Below are positions 1-10,244 of a stretch of 64,000 bases of DNA, one piece after another. The notes below the pieces were generated by a model. The model was not told the origin of the DNA. It worked only from the letters and a program-made list of their open reading frames with translations, and did no database searches. Source of the stretch: Nitrospirota bacterium (GTDB lineage: Bacteria > Nitrospirota > UBA9217); contig CAWIYV010000014.1 of the NCBI GenBank assembly GCA_963840455.1, forward strand, positions 32,001-96,000, written 5' to 3'. Position numbers and translations under genes: made by a program. The first letter of the stretch is position 1; each line of letters starts with the position of its first letter.

Positions 1-2
1 AG

Positions 3-842
3 AAGCTTTATGCCGACTACACGGGTATGCACGTCAAAAAAGGCCAGCCCCTGGCCGAGATCTACAGCCCGGAATTGCTTGCCACGCAGCAGGAGTTCCT
101 GAACACCCTCCGCTGGGCCAAGTCCTCGGGCACGGCGAAGGAAGGGGAGGTGGCAGGCATGCTGAACCGCGATGCCGATGCGATTATCGATGCGGCGCGC
201 CAGCGGTTGCGGCTATGGGACATCACCGATGAGCAGATCAAGTCCATAGAGGAGACCGGCAGAACGGTCCGCACCGTGAAGCTCGTGAGCCCCGCGGACG
301 GCATAGTGGTCCAGAAGAACGCGGTCCAGGGTATGCGGGTGATGCCCGGCGAGAAGCTCTTTGACATTGCCGACCTGTCAACGGTCTGGATCACCGCGGA
401 CCTGTATGAGCAGGATCTGCCGCTGATCACGACGGGCGAGACCGCGCGGATCTCCTTAAGCTCCCTGCCGGGGAAGGAACTCTCGGCGAAGATCGAGTTC
501 GTCTATCCCACGCTGTCCGGCGAAGCCCGGACCGTGAAGGTGCGCCTGACGGTCCCGAATCCCGGCGGCAGGCTCAAACCGCAGATGTTCACGAACGTGG
601 AGATCAAGGCCGGCATGGGCAAGCGGCTCGCCGTGCCCGACGACGCGGTGCTCGACACGGGCACCCGCTCGATCGTATACGTGGACAAGGGCGACGGGAA
701 CTTCGAACCGCGGGAAGTGAAGCTCGGCCTTCGCGCCGACGGCTACCGCGAGGTCCTGTCGGGCCTCAAGAACGGCGAAAAGGTCGCCCGTGCAGCGACG
801 TTCCTCATCGATTCGGAAGCACAACTGAAAGGCGTCAGATAG
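3..842 (+). CDS. cusB: CusB-like RND efflux periplasmic adaptor (5' partial)
   Basis: Frame is open from the window start; YSPELLATQQE and LFDIADLSTVW membrane-fusion-protein motifs; directly upstream of a CusA-family gene. Confidence 0.9.
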   Translation, partial: KLYADYTGMHVKKGQPLAEIYSPELLATQQEFLNTLRWAKSSGTAKEGEVAGMLNRDADAIIDAARQRLRLWDITDEQIKSIEETGRTVRTVKLVSPADGIVVQKNAVQGMRVMPGEKLFDIADLSTVWITADLYEQDLPLITTGETARISLSSLPGKELSAKIEFVYPTLSGEARTVKVRLTVPNPGGRLKPQMFTNVEIKAGMGKRLAVPDDAVLDTGTRSIVYVDKGDGNFEPREVKLGLRADGYREVLSGLKNGEKVARAATFLIDSEAQLKGVR

Positions 843-853
843 AACAACGTCTG

Positions 854-1025
854 CCACAGAGGCACTGAGACACAGAGGAAACAAGCCGACAAGGCCTTGA
901 CACGGATAAGAACGGTTTTTGTAAATAAATACGGATTAATCTGCCGTTATCATAGCAGTTATCAGTGTAAATCAGTGTCAAAGGTTTTCTTTACGCTCTT
1001 CTCTGTGCCTCTGTGTCTCTGTGGC
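854..1025. repeat. Nested intergenic inverted repeats of 9-10-mer units
   Basis: gccacagaggcactgagacacagagg (854-878) pairs with ctctgtgcctctgtgtctctgtggc (~1001-1025); inner pair tgacacggat / atcagtgtca. Confidence 0.8.
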
Positions 1026-1038
1026 GAAAAGGTCATCT

Positions 1039-4000
1039 ATGATTTCCAAGATCATCGCATACAGCGGCAGGAACCGGTTCTTCGTGTTCCTCGTTATCGC
1101 CTTCCTGTCGCTCTGGGGCATCTGGTCGCTCCAGCACATCCCGCTGGACGCAATCCCGGACCTGTCGGACACTCAGGTGATCGTCTACACCGACTGGCCG
1201 GGCAGGAGCCCGAACCTGGTCGAGGATCAGGTGACCTATCCCATCTCCTCGACGCTGCTCGCCGCGCCCAAGGTGCAGGCGGTGCGGGGCTTCTCGTTCC
1301 TCGGCAGTTCCTTCATTTACGTCATCTTCGAAGAGGGCACGGACATCTACTGGGCGCGGAGCCGGGTGCTGGAGTATCTCCAGTCGGTCAGGAGCAAGAT
1401 CCCCCTTGACGTGAACCCGGTGCTCGGTCCCGACGCCACGAGCCTCGGGTGGGGGTTCTCCTACGCCCTGGTGGACGAGACCGGCCAGCGCGATCTCTCC
1501 CAACTCCGGTCGCTCCAGGACTGGAACATCAAGCTCGCGCTCGAGAGCGTGCCCGGCGTGTCGCAGGTGGCCAGCGTGGGCGGCTTTGTGCGGCAGTACC
1601 AGATCACGGTGGAGCCGAACCGGCTCGCGTCCTACGGCATCTCGCTCATGAAGGTGATGGACGCCGTCAGGAAGAGCAATATCGACGTGGAGGGCCGGGT
1701 CCTGGAGCTGGCCGGCACGGAGTACATGGTGCGCGGTAGGGGCTACATCACAGGCGTCAAGGACCTGCAGGAGATCGCCGTGGGCCTCGCACCGGGCGGA
1801 ACTCCCGTGTTCCTTCGCGATGTGGCCAACGTGGAGGTTGGCCCCGAGATCCGGCGCGGCCTCACGGACCTGGACGGCAGGGGTGAAGTGGCCTCGGGCA
1901 TCGTGGTGGTCCGCTTCGGCGAGAACGTGCTGGACGTGATCGACCGGGTGAAGGCAAAGATCGCCCGCGACGTCGCGCCGTCCCTGCCCGCAGGCGTTAA
2001 GATGGTGACGACCTACGACCGGAGCGACCTGATCCGACGGTCGATCCGTACGCTGACCGAGGAGATCGTCAAACTCGCCATTGCCGTGAGCGCGGTATGC
2101 ATCATCTTCCTCTTCCATCTGCCGAGCGCCCTGGTCGTCATTCTGACGCTCCCGATCGCCATCCTCATCTCCTTCATCTGCATGTACTACCTGGGGGTGA
2201 CGTCGAACATCATGAGCCTGGGCGGCATCGCCATCGCCATCGGCGCCATGGTCGACGCCTCGATCATCATGGTCGAGAACGCCCACAAGAAGCTCGAGGA
2301 GTGGGAGCACGCGGGCAGGCCCGGTTCACGGGTGGATGTGATCATCCACGCTGCGCAGGAGGTCGGGCCGTCGCTCTATTTCTCTCTCCTCGTCATCACC
2401 GTGGGTTTCCTGCCGGTCTTCACGCTCCAGGCCCAGGCAGGCAGGATGTTCAAGCCCCTTGCCTACACCAAGACCTTTGCCATGCTCTTCGCCTCATTCC
2501 TGGCGGTCACGCTCACGCCGGTCCTGATGACGCTGTTCCTGCACGGCAAAGTGAAGTCAGAGGACGAGAATCCTATCATCCGCGCGGTGAACAAGGTCTA
2601 CATACCCCGGGTGGCCTTCTCGCTCCGTTTCAGCCGGGGGGTCATCATCGCGGCGATCGTGATCGTCGTCATAACGGGGCTCATCTTTGTGCCGCCCCTG
2701 TTCGACGTGAACCTTGTTCCCGGCATCAAGCTGGGATCTGAGTTCATGCCGCCTTTGGACGAGGGCACGCTCTTTTACATGCCCGTGACCGTGCCGGCCC
2801 TGGCCATCTCCGAGGCATCGCGGCTGCTCCAGATCCAGGACAAACTGCTCAAGACCGTGCCCGAGGTTTCCCAGGTCTTCGGCAAGGCGGGCCGCGCCGA
2901 GACACCGACGGACCCGGCGCCGGTCGAGATGTTCGAGACCATCGTAAGCCTCAAGCCCGAGTCCCAGTGGCGGAAGGGCATGGACCTCGACAAGATCAAG
3001 AACGAGCTGAACGACGCGGTCCAGATCCCGGGCGTGTCAAACTCCTTCACCATGCCGATCAAGGCCAGGATCGACATGCTCGCCACGGGCATCCGCACCC
3101 CCGTGGGCGTCAAGGTGCTGGGACCGAAGCTGGAGGTGCTCGACACGGTCTCCCGTGAGGTGGAGGCCGTGGTCAAGACCGTGCGCGGCACGCGCAGCGC
3201 CTATGCCGAGCGGCTTCTGACCGGCTACTTCCTGGACATCCGGCCGAAGCGCGGCGAGATCGCCCGCTACGGCCTCTCGATGGATGACGTCCAGACCGTG
3301 GTGGCCAGCGCTCTGGGTGGTATGACGCTCACCACGACCGTCGAGGGACGGGAGCGCTACTCCGTAAACGTCCGGTATCCGCGCGAGTACCGCAGCGACA
3401 TCGACCGGATCAAACGCATCCTGGTGCCCGTGGAGCGTGCTGCATCTGTGTCATCAGGCGGCATGGGCGCGTCATCATCCGCCGGAGGCGGCATCTCGTA
3501 TGTTCCGTTGGGGTCGCTCGCGGACATCGACATCGTCCAGGGCCCGACGCAGATCAAGAGCGAGGAAGGCCTGCTCGCCAATTACGTGTACATCGACTTC
3601 ACCGGACGTGACGTGGGCGGTTACGTCGAGGAACTGCAGAAGAAGGTGGCCTCGTCGGTGAAGCTGCCTGCCGGGTACCGTCTCCAGTGGAGCGGCGAGT
3701 ACGAATATCTCGTGAAAACCCATGAACGGCTTAAGCTCGTTATTCCGCTGACGCTGCTCATCATCTTCGTGCTGCTCTATCTCAACACGCGGTCCACGGT
3801 CAAAACCATCATTGTACTGCTGGCAGTACCGTTCTCACTCGTTGGTTCCTTCTGGTTCCTCTGGATGCTGGGGTACAATATGAGCATCGCTGTCTGGGTG
3901 GGGCTCATCGCCCTTGCGGGTCTCGATGCCGAGACGGGCGTGGTGATGCTGCTCTATCTTGACCTGGCCCACGACAAGTGGAAGCAGGAAGGCCGGCTGA

Positions 4001-4266
4001 ACACGGTCCAGGACCTCAAGGATTCGATCATGGAAGGCGCGGTGAAGCGGGTCCGGCCCAAGCTCATGACCGTGGCCGTCATCCTCGCCGGCCTCGTGCC
4101 GATCTTGTTCAGCCACGGAGCAGGCGCAGATGTGATGAAGCGCATCGCGGCTCCCATGGTCGGCGGCGTCATCACTTCGGAGATCCTGGAGCTGACGATC
4201 TATCCGGCGATCTATCTGCTCTGGAAGAAGCGGGAGCTGGGAAGTGCGGACGCGGGGACGCGGTGA
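1039..4266 (+). CDS. cusA: CusA/CzcA heavy-metal RND efflux permease, probably Cu(I)/Ag(I)
   Basis: LDAIPDLSDTQV N-terminus, 12-TM RND pattern, Met-triad contexts FMPPL / VEMFET / TMPIKARIDM; ATG at 1039 chosen. Confidence 0.93.
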   Translation: MISKIIAYSGRNRFFVFLVIAFLSLWGIWSLQHIPLDAIPDLSDTQVIVYTDWPGRSPNLVEDQVTYPISSTLLAAPKVQAVRGFSFLGSSFIYVIFEEGTDIYWARSRVLEYLQSVRSKIPLDVNPVLGPDATSLGWGFSYALVDETGQRDLSQLRSLQDWNIKLALESVPGVSQVASVGGFVRQYQITVEPNRLASYGISLMKVMDAVRKSNIDVEGRVLELAGTEYMVRGRGYITGVKDLQEIAVGLAPGGTPVFLRDVANVEVGPEIRRGLTDLDGRGEVASGIVVVRFGENVLDVIDRVKAKIARDVAPSLPAGVKMVTTYDRSDLIRRSIRTLTEEIVKLAIAVSAVCIIFLFHLPSALVVILTLPIAILISFICMYYLGVTSNIMSLGGIAIAIGAMVDASIIMVENAHKKLEEWEHAGRPGSRVDVIIHAAQEVGPSLYFSLLVITVGFLPVFTLQAQAGRMFKPLAYTKTFAMLFASFLAVTLTPVLMTLFLHGKVKSEDENPIIRAVNKVYIPRVAFSLRFSRGVIIAAIVIVVITGLIFVPPLFDVNLVPGIKLGSEFMPPLDEGTLFYMPVTVPALAISEASRLLQIQDKLLKTVPEVSQVFGKAGRAETPTDPAPVEMFETIVSLKPESQWRKGMDLDKIKNELNDAVQIPGVSNSFTMPIKARIDMLATGIRTPVGVKVLGPKLEVLDTVSREVEAVVKTVRGTRSAYAERLLTGYFLDIRPKRGEIARYGLSMDDVQTVVASALGGMTLTTTVEGRERYSVNVRYPREYRSDIDRIKRILVPVERAASVSSGGMGASSSAGGGISYVPLGSLADIDIVQGPTQIKSEEGLLANYVYIDFTGRDVGGYVEELQKKVASSVKLPAGYRLQWSGEYEYLVKTHERLKLVIPLTLLIIFVLLYLNTRSTVKTIIVLLAVPFSLVGSFWFLWMLGYNMSIAVWVGLIALAGLDAETGVVMLLYLDLAHDKWKQEGRLNTVQDLKDSIMEGAVKRVRPKLMTVAVILAGLVPILFSHGAGADVMKRIAAPMVGGVITSEILELTIYPAIYLLWKKRELGSADAGTR

Positions 4267-4354
4267 GGGGGAGACGCGGGGAAAAGGCCGACAAGGGGAC
4301 AGGGAGACAGGGGGATAAAGTCAAAAACCGATAAGAACGCGACGTAAAACAAAG

Positions 4355-4388
4355 AAAGGCAGCCCCATGGCTGCCTTTTCGTTTTTCT
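4355..4388. terminator. Bidirectional intrinsic terminator
   Basis: aaaggcagcc-ccat-ggctgccttt hairpin with A and T tracts between convergent genes. Confidence 0.75.
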
Positions 4389-4428
4389 TCTGGCCCCTGT
4401 ATTCCGGTTTCTGGCTCCTGGAGCTTAG

Positions 4429-5145
4429 CTACTTCTTTGGCGGGTTCATCGCCGCGTCATACCGTTTCATATAGTCATTCACGATTCGGTGGGGCTCGTA
4501 GCCGAGGGCCCGAGCGTAGGAGAACAGGAATCCGCGAAGATAGGGGCGTGCGGGGAGCTTCTTATAGCTCTCATCCTCGATGGCCTCGATATACCGCGCA
4601 CTCAGCTTTGTTGCGTCCGCCACGTTCCGGGAGCTCAGGCCGCGCAGTTCGCGGAGCATCTTGAGGACGGCCCCGGTGAACTCGGTGACGTCCGTGGGGG
4701 CGGGCTGGGGGATTTCCGGCACCGCCGGTGGCGCCGGCGTCGGTGCCGGCTGGGGGGACGCTGCCGGGGGTTCTTGAGGGGCCGGCGGCCTTTCCTCCAC
4801 CCTCGGCACGATGGTCGGCGAGACCGGCGGCCGCGGTTGCGAGACCGGCGGCCGCGGCTGATAGCGCAGCTCGGGCTGCGGCGGTTCGGGTGTGAGCGGA
4901 ATGTCGTGCAGTGTCCGGTCGTAGACCCGCCGGTTCTCGTCGTAGCTCAGGGTGCGGTAGGCGTCCTCGACCCGCTGCCGGATCTTCTCGGTCTCCTCGG
5001 GCGAGAAAAGCGAGTAGAGGGCGATGGAGTTCGGGTCGTAGATCTTCCGGACGCGCTCATAGGCCTTGTGGATCTCCTGGGCCGTCGCCCGGTAGCTTAC
5101 TTCCAGGAGCTCGTAGTAGTTCATGTCCTCGATCTTCTTGAGCAT
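4429..5145 (-). CDS. J-like domain, Pro-rich linker and RodZ-type (HTH_25) helix-turn-helix protein
   Basis: N-terminal NYYELLEV...EIHKAY...AYRTLS J-like fold lacking HPD; C-terminal YIEAIE...LP..PYLRGFL.SYARALG. Confidence 0.75.
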   Translation of the reverse strand: MLKKIEDMNYYELLEVSYRATAQEIHKAYERVRKIYDPNSIALYSLFSPEETEKIRQRVEDAYRTLSYDENRRVYDRTLHDIPLTPEPPQPELRYQPRPPVSQPRPPVSPTIVPRVEERPPAPQEPPAASPQPAPTPAPPAVPEIPQPAPTDVTEFTGAVLKMLRELRGLSSRNVADATKLSARYIEAIEDESYKKLPARPYLRGFLFSYARALGYEPHRIVNDYMKRYDAAMNPPKK

Positions 5146-5259
5146 GCATACTCCTCACGGTCCAGCTGACAAGCGAACACGCTGACAAGCCAACAAGCCA
5201 TCAGGCCAATGAAACCAGCATGCCGGACAGCCTGCCGGCTGGCAAGCCTGTCAGCTGCA

Positions 5260-6216
5260 TCAATACAGCATGCTGAGCGTCAACTGCTCCTTCCGGAGCA
5301 GGTTATGCACGATCCGTTCGATGCACCGCGACGGCCGCGAGTAGGGGTATTCGATGACGAGAGGCCGCTTGCTGCGGATGGATTGCCAGACGCAGTCGTC
5401 ATACTCAACGTAGCCCAGATATTCCAGGTTGATCCCGAAATATTTCTGGCACGCGCTCTTCATGGAGAACCCGATCTGGACGTCGTTCTTGGTCCGCACC
5501 TGGTTCACGACCAGCTTGGGCCGGAACTTGAGGACCTCCATCTCCAGGATCTCGCCGACCTCCCGCTCCATCCCCTTGACGCGCTCGATGAGGTCGTAGG
5601 GTGTGCGGATGCCCATGGTGTTCTTCTGGTCCATGGCCGCGTCGATGAGATCCTTGATGTTCTGGTTGGCCACGACCTTCTTGAACCGGCGATAGAAAGC
5701 GCTCTTGATGAAGCGGTAGGCGTTCTCGATGGCCGTCGGTTCGGGCAGGACGACGAGAATGCCGTGGTCGGAGAAGAGGAAGAAGTCCAGGATGTTGAAC
5801 GAGGTGCCGGCGCCGAGGTCCAGCAGGATGTAGTCCGCGTCCAGGGTCTCGAGGTGCCGGAGGAACCGCGTCTTCTGTGCGAAGTTGGGATTGGCCGCGT
5901 CCAGGAAGTCCTGGGCGCCGCTGATGAGGTTCAGGTTGGGGATGGCGGTCTTGATGATGACGTCGCTGATGTTCTCCACGCGCCGGTTCAGGAAGTCCGA
6001 CAGTGTCATCTCCGGCACGCCGATGCCGAGGGTGGTATGGAGGTTGGCGCCGCCCAGATCCGCGTCCACGAGCAGGACCTTCTTCTTCATGCGGGCGAGG
6101 GTGATGCCGATGTTGCCGGTGATCAGGCTCTTGCCGATCCCGCCCTTGCCGCCGCCGATAGCCCAGATTTCCTTTTTCCACAGGGCTTCCTGGAGCTCTA
6201 TCATCCTTTCTATCAT
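5260..6216 (-). CDS. MinD/FlhG/ParA-family ATPase
   Basis: Deviant Walker A GGKGGIGKS, VDADLGGANL, DYILLDLGAG, PEPTAIENAY. Confidence 0.88.
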   Translation of the reverse strand: MIERMIELQEALWKKEIWAIGGGKGGIGKSLITGNIGITLARMKKKVLLVDADLGGANLHTTLGIGVPEMTLSDFLNRRVENISDVIIKTAIPNLNLISGAQDFLDAANPNFAQKTRFLRHLETLDADYILLDLGAGTSFNILDFFLFSDHGILVVLPEPTAIENAYRFIKSAFYRRFKKVVANQNIKDLIDAAMDQKNTMGIRTPYDLIERVKGMEREVGEILEMEVLKFRPKLVVNQVRTKNDVQIGFSMKSACQKYFGINLEYLGYVEYDDCVWQSIRSKRPLVIEYPYSRPSRCIERIVHNLLRKEQLTLSMLY

Positions 6217-6893
6217 CCTTGCCTCGATGCCTCTGATGTGACCGTTTGTTCCGGCGCGCCGCCTTCAGCGGGCGCTGCTGCTTCAAGCTCCTTCGCCGCC
6301 TCGTCCCGCAGCGGTTCGCCGCCGCTGTCCCGTTCGGGGAGGGCTTCCACCATGGCGTCCTCGCCCGCATCGAGCTCCTGGAACTCCCTGAGCGTGGGCA
6401 GGGAAGAGAGGTCCTTCAGCCCGAAGTATTGCAGGAACTCGACGGAGGTCCCGTAGAGGATGGGTTTTCCGGGGACGTCCTTTTTCCCGACGATCTTCAC
6501 GAGCCGGCGCTCCATGAGATTGCGCACGATGCCGCCGATGTTCACGCCGCGGATGGCCTCGATCTCCGGACGGGTGACGGGCTGCTTGTAGGCGATGATG
6601 GCCAGGGTCTCGAGGGCCGGCCGCGAGAGCCGCGTGGTGACCTTGACGGTCTTGAACTTCCTCACCCAGACCGCCTGTTCGGGGCGCGTGGCGAGCTGGT
6701 ATCCGTTCGCCACTTCGGCCACCATGACGCCGGCATCGCGCGCCTCGTAGTCCGCCTTCAGCGCCTGGAGCTGTTCCTCGATCTGCTCCTTCGTCGCTTC
6801 CTCGAAGATGCCCTTGAGACGTTCCACGGAAAGGGGGCCCCCGCCAATGAACAGGAGCGCCTCGATGGCTGTTTTCAGCTGATTATCATCCAA
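6213..6893 (-). CDS. scpB: SMC-Scp complex subunit ScpB
   Basis: IEALLF, LSRPALETLAIIAYKQPVTR.EIEAIRGV, FLQYFGLKDLSSLP; TTG start. Confidence 0.95.
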   Translation of the reverse strand: MDDNQLKTAIEALLFIGGGPLSVERLKGIFEEATKEQIEEQLQALKADYEARDAGVMVAEVANGYQLATRPEQAVWVRKFKTVKVTTRLSRPALETLAIIAYKQPVTRPEIEAIRGVNIGGIVRNLMERRLVKIVGKKDVPGKPILYGTSVEFLQYFGLKDLSSLPTLREFQELDAGEDAMVEALPERDSGGEPLRDEAAKELEAAAPAEGGAPEQTVTSEASRQG

Positions 6894-7074
6894 ATCAAGA
6901 CCTCACCATGCTAAAGAATAAATGACCACTGATGAAAACCGAGGAAGATCGTTATCACGAATATCACGAATGATACAAATGGCACGAATAAACTACGAAG
7001 TACAGGAAGTCATTCGTGATGGAGCTGTTGACGTTTCCCCGCGTCCCCGTGTCTCCCTGTCATCGTGTCGGCTT

Positions 7075-7914
7075 CTACATCCCCGCCGGGTCGCCGAGCC
7101 TGCCCAGCGCCACCTTGGCGTTCATTCTCACGTCCAGGTCCGAGCTTTCCAGGTGCTTCCGTATCTTCGGGATGGCGTCCCGCACCGCGTCCGGCGTCGA
7201 GCTCCCGATATTCCCCAGGGCGGCGATGGCGTTCTTCACGGCATTGGGGTGGCCGCTGTCCAGGTACGTGATGAGGCGCGGCACCAGGTCCGCCACCTCG
7301 TTCGGGTAATGGAGGCCGATGGCGCCCAGGGCAAAGAGCACGCCGCCGCAGGACGCTTCCTTCGAGAACTCCAGCACCTCCACGAGCTTGGGAAGGATGC
7401 CCCGGATCATCTGCGGCTCGATGATGCCGAGCTTCCCCAGGGCATGGGCCGCAGCCTCGCGCTCGTCGTCGTCGCCCGATTCGAGCATGGCGACCAGCCT
7501 GGGCGCGAGGTCCTTTACCAGGCCGATGAAGGAGAAACCGATGTTCCCCAGGGCGTAGGCGGCCTCCTGCCGCACGAGGCTCACCTCGTGGTCCAGCAGA
7601 AGCCTGAGCTTCGGCACGGCACGCGACGACGCATCCTCGTAGCGGTAGGCGAGGTTGCCGACGGCGTTCGCCGCGTCGATCTTCACGAATGGGTCGGCCT
7701 CATCCATGAGGGCGATGAGCTTGTCGATGAAGGGCCGCGTGTCCTGGGGATAGTCAAATCCCACGCGCGACAGGACGTTCAGCACGCCGGTGCGCACGTC
7801 GCCGTCCTTCTCGCCGAGGAGTTCAACGAGCTGTCCGACAAGGGACCGGTCAGCGTAGACCGCGGTCTCCATCTCGCCGAACTTCTTTTCACGGGCCAGG
7901 GCTTTAATATCCAT
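7075..7914 (-). CDS. HEAT-repeat protein
   Basis: About 7 repeats of the type LxxLL.D....VR..AA.ALG.IG. Confidence 0.85.
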   Translation of the reverse strand: MDIKALAREKKFGEMETAVYADRSLVGQLVELLGEKDGDVRTGVLNVLSRVGFDYPQDTRPFIDKLIALMDEADPFVKIDAANAVGNLAYRYEDASSRAVPKLRLLLDHEVSLVRQEAAYALGNIGFSFIGLVKDLAPRLVAMLESGDDDEREAAAHALGKLGIIEPQMIRGILPKLVEVLEFSKEASCGGVLFALGAIGLHYPNEVADLVPRLITYLDSGHPNAVKNAIAALGNIGSSTPDAVRDAIPKIRKHLESSDLDVRMNAKVALGRLGDPAGM

Positions 7915-8097
7915 AGCGTGACGTACGTGTTCGCTCGAAAATTATTCCGAAAATCTAACCAACTGCATTCTCTCACGAAGGCACGAAGACACGAGGTATG
8001 AGGATAGAATCTCTTCGTGATCTTTGCGGCTTCGTGTGATAAATAGATTTTAACGCTGTGATGCTTTGACCATCGACAAGGATAGAAGTTTCCTTAT

Positions 8098-8853
8098 CTA
8101 CGCGAACAGGTCTCCGGACGTGGGCGCGGGCACCTCGTCCGACACGGCCTTCATGAGCCGGATGGCCCCGAACTGCTCCACCTGGACCGCCCGCACGATC
8201 CGGTTCTTCATGAGCTCCAGGAGCGCCATGAAGGTGGCGATGATGTGCGCCTTCGAGGTGCTGCCGTCGAAGAGGTCCGCGAAGAGCATGCTGTCCACCG
8301 ATTCGAGCCGGGCGAGGATGGTGGCGATCTTGTCGGTGATGGAGACGGCCTCGGCGGTGATCTCGATGCCGGCGTCCGGGGCCCGGTTCAGGACGTCCTT
8401 GAGCGCGGCCAGCAGGTCGAAGAGGTGGAAGTCGAACAGCAGCGGCTGGTCGTCGGGCGGGAGCTCGGGCGTGACCTCGGTCTCGCGGGTGTAGACCTTG
8501 GACCATGCGTCCTCGCGCTGTTCGAGCGAGGCCGCCGCGTCCTTGAAGCGCTTGTATTCCAGCAGGCGCCGGATGAGCTCGGCGCGCGGGTCCGCGCCCA
8601 GGTCGTCATCCTCGGGGTTCTCGGGCGGCGGCAGGAGCATCTTGGACTTGATGTGCGTCAGCGTCGAGGCCATGACGAGGAAATCGCCGGCGATCTCCAT
8701 GTCGAGGCTCTGCATGAGCTCCAGGTATTCGAGGTACTGCTGGGTGATGGGGGCGATGGGAATGTCGTAGATGTCCAGTTCGTGCTTCTTGATGAGGTGG
8801 AGGAGAAGGTCCATGGGACCTTCGAAGATCTCGAGTTTGACGTGATAGGACAT
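8098..8853 (-). CDS. scpA: Segregation/condensation protein ScpA (kleisin)
   Basis: FEGPMDLLLHLI...DIYDIPI, FLVMASTL.HIKSKMLLP, FMALLEL; ATG at 8853. Confidence 0.95.
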   Translation of the reverse strand: MSYHVKLEIFEGPMDLLLHLIKKHELDIYDIPIAPITQQYLEYLELMQSLDMEIAGDFLVMASTLTHIKSKMLLPPPENPEDDDLGADPRAELIRRLLEYKRFKDAAASLEQREDAWSKVYTRETEVTPELPPDDQPLLFDFHLFDLLAALKDVLNRAPDAGIEITAEAVSITDKIATILARLESVDSMLFADLFDGSTSKAHIIATFMALLELMKNRIVRAVQVEQFGAIRLMKAVSDEVPAPTSGDLFA

Positions 8854-9126
8854 GGATTCCTTCCCCCGAGGCAGAACCGGGGTGCTGCAGGCAATAGGAT
8901 ATCGAAAATTAACGTCATTTCCCTGAAAAGTCAAGAGAAAACATGACAATTGCGGGTTGCGGAATGCGGATTTTTCATGGAAACGACCACCTGTGCACCG
9001 GAGACCGGGGGAGAGGGCAACAGGGACGGTTCTGTGCTTTTGATGCTCATTCCGCGATCCGCAATTCGCAATTCGCAATCCACAATGCTTCACTCTGGTA
9101 TAATGAGACTGGAAGGAGCGGCGTTC

Positions 9127-10110
9127 ATGGCCCGGGGGAACAACGGATACTCCGAAAAAGAGCTTTTGCGCATGGTCCGGAAATGGGTCCCCCGCGACCG
9201 GGTGCCCAAGCGGTTGTGCATCAAGGACACTGCGGATTTTTTCCGCGTCGACTATGACGACATCATCGTGCTGGGCGGCGTGCCGTATTTCGTCCGGAAC
9301 AACGAACGCGAGGGCCGGTTCGGCCTCGAGGATGAGCCCAAGTTCTGGGTCAAGAGGTCGGTCAATCTCCAGACCGGCGAACTGAAGGTCCTGAAATGGG
9401 TCTTCAGGGAGCACTTCGAAGCGAAGATCGGGGACCTGGTGTTTGAATGTGTGCGGAGCCCGCAGAAGGAAGCGCGCATCCTGGAACTGGTCCGCGGCAG
9501 GGACGATTTCATGCAGGGGACGACCGAACAGGACTCAGCCGGACATCCCCTCCGTATCCTCGACTACATCCACGGAAGGACGCTCTCCCAGATCGTGCCC
9601 GCGCTTGGACAGGACCACGAGGATTTCTTTTACGATCATTTCCCCATCCTCCTCGATGAGTATGTCCGTATCGTGGAGGCGATCCGCTTCCTGCACCAGA
9701 GCGGCGAGAAGCACGGAGACATCCGGCGCGACCATCTGATCAAGGACGAGACCACGGGCAAGTACCGGTGGATCGACTACGACTTCAACTATCGCCACGG
9801 CGAGAGCAGGTTCGCCTACGACCTCTTCGGCCTGGGGAACATCCTCGTCTTCATCACCGGCAGGGGCGATGTGACCACAAACCGTCTGCTCCGGGACGCG
9901 CCGGACATGCTTGACCGGCTGACCGACGATGACGTGAACATTGTGTTCCACAACCGCGTCGCCAATCTCAAGAAGATCTATCCCTACATCCCGGAGAGAT
10001 TGAACCGGGTGCTCATGCATTTCTCCGCCGGCGCACAAGTGTATTACGAGACGACGGAAGAGCTGCTCACGGACCTCGGCGAGGCGTGGGAGGCGTTAGA
10101 GCGGAGGTAG
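9127..10110 (+). CDS. Protein-kinase-like protein
   Basis: KVLK, HGDIRRDHL catalytic-loop variant, WIDYD, DLFGLGNIL; GGAG RBS upstream of ATG 9127. Confidence 0.7.
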   Translation: MARGNNGYSEKELLRMVRKWVPRDRVPKRLCIKDTADFFRVDYDDIIVLGGVPYFVRNNEREGRFGLEDEPKFWVKRSVNLQTGELKVLKWVFREHFEAKIGDLVFECVRSPQKEARILELVRGRDDFMQGTTEQDSAGHPLRILDYIHGRTLSQIVPALGQDHEDFFYDHFPILLDEYVRIVEAIRFLHQSGEKHGDIRRDHLIKDETTGKYRWIDYDFNYRHGESRFAYDLFGLGNILVFITGRGDVTTNRLLRDAPDMLDRLTDDDVNIVFHNRVANLKKIYPYIPERLNRVLMHFSAGAQVYYETTEELLTDLGEAWEALERR

Positions 10111-10244
10111 GACAAATTGTGGAATGCGGAATGCGGATTGCGGAATAAAAATGCGAACACGATCGAGATCGAGCACGGGGAAGGGTAACTTCAGACACGG
10201 AGACAAGGAGACGGGGGACAAGGGGACTAAAAAGGAGCGAAGCC

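Noticed and set aside
8854-9414. N-terminal extension of ScpA in the ORF track (438 aa)
   Set aside because: It overlaps the divergent kinase gene and repeat DNA; homology starts at ATG 8853
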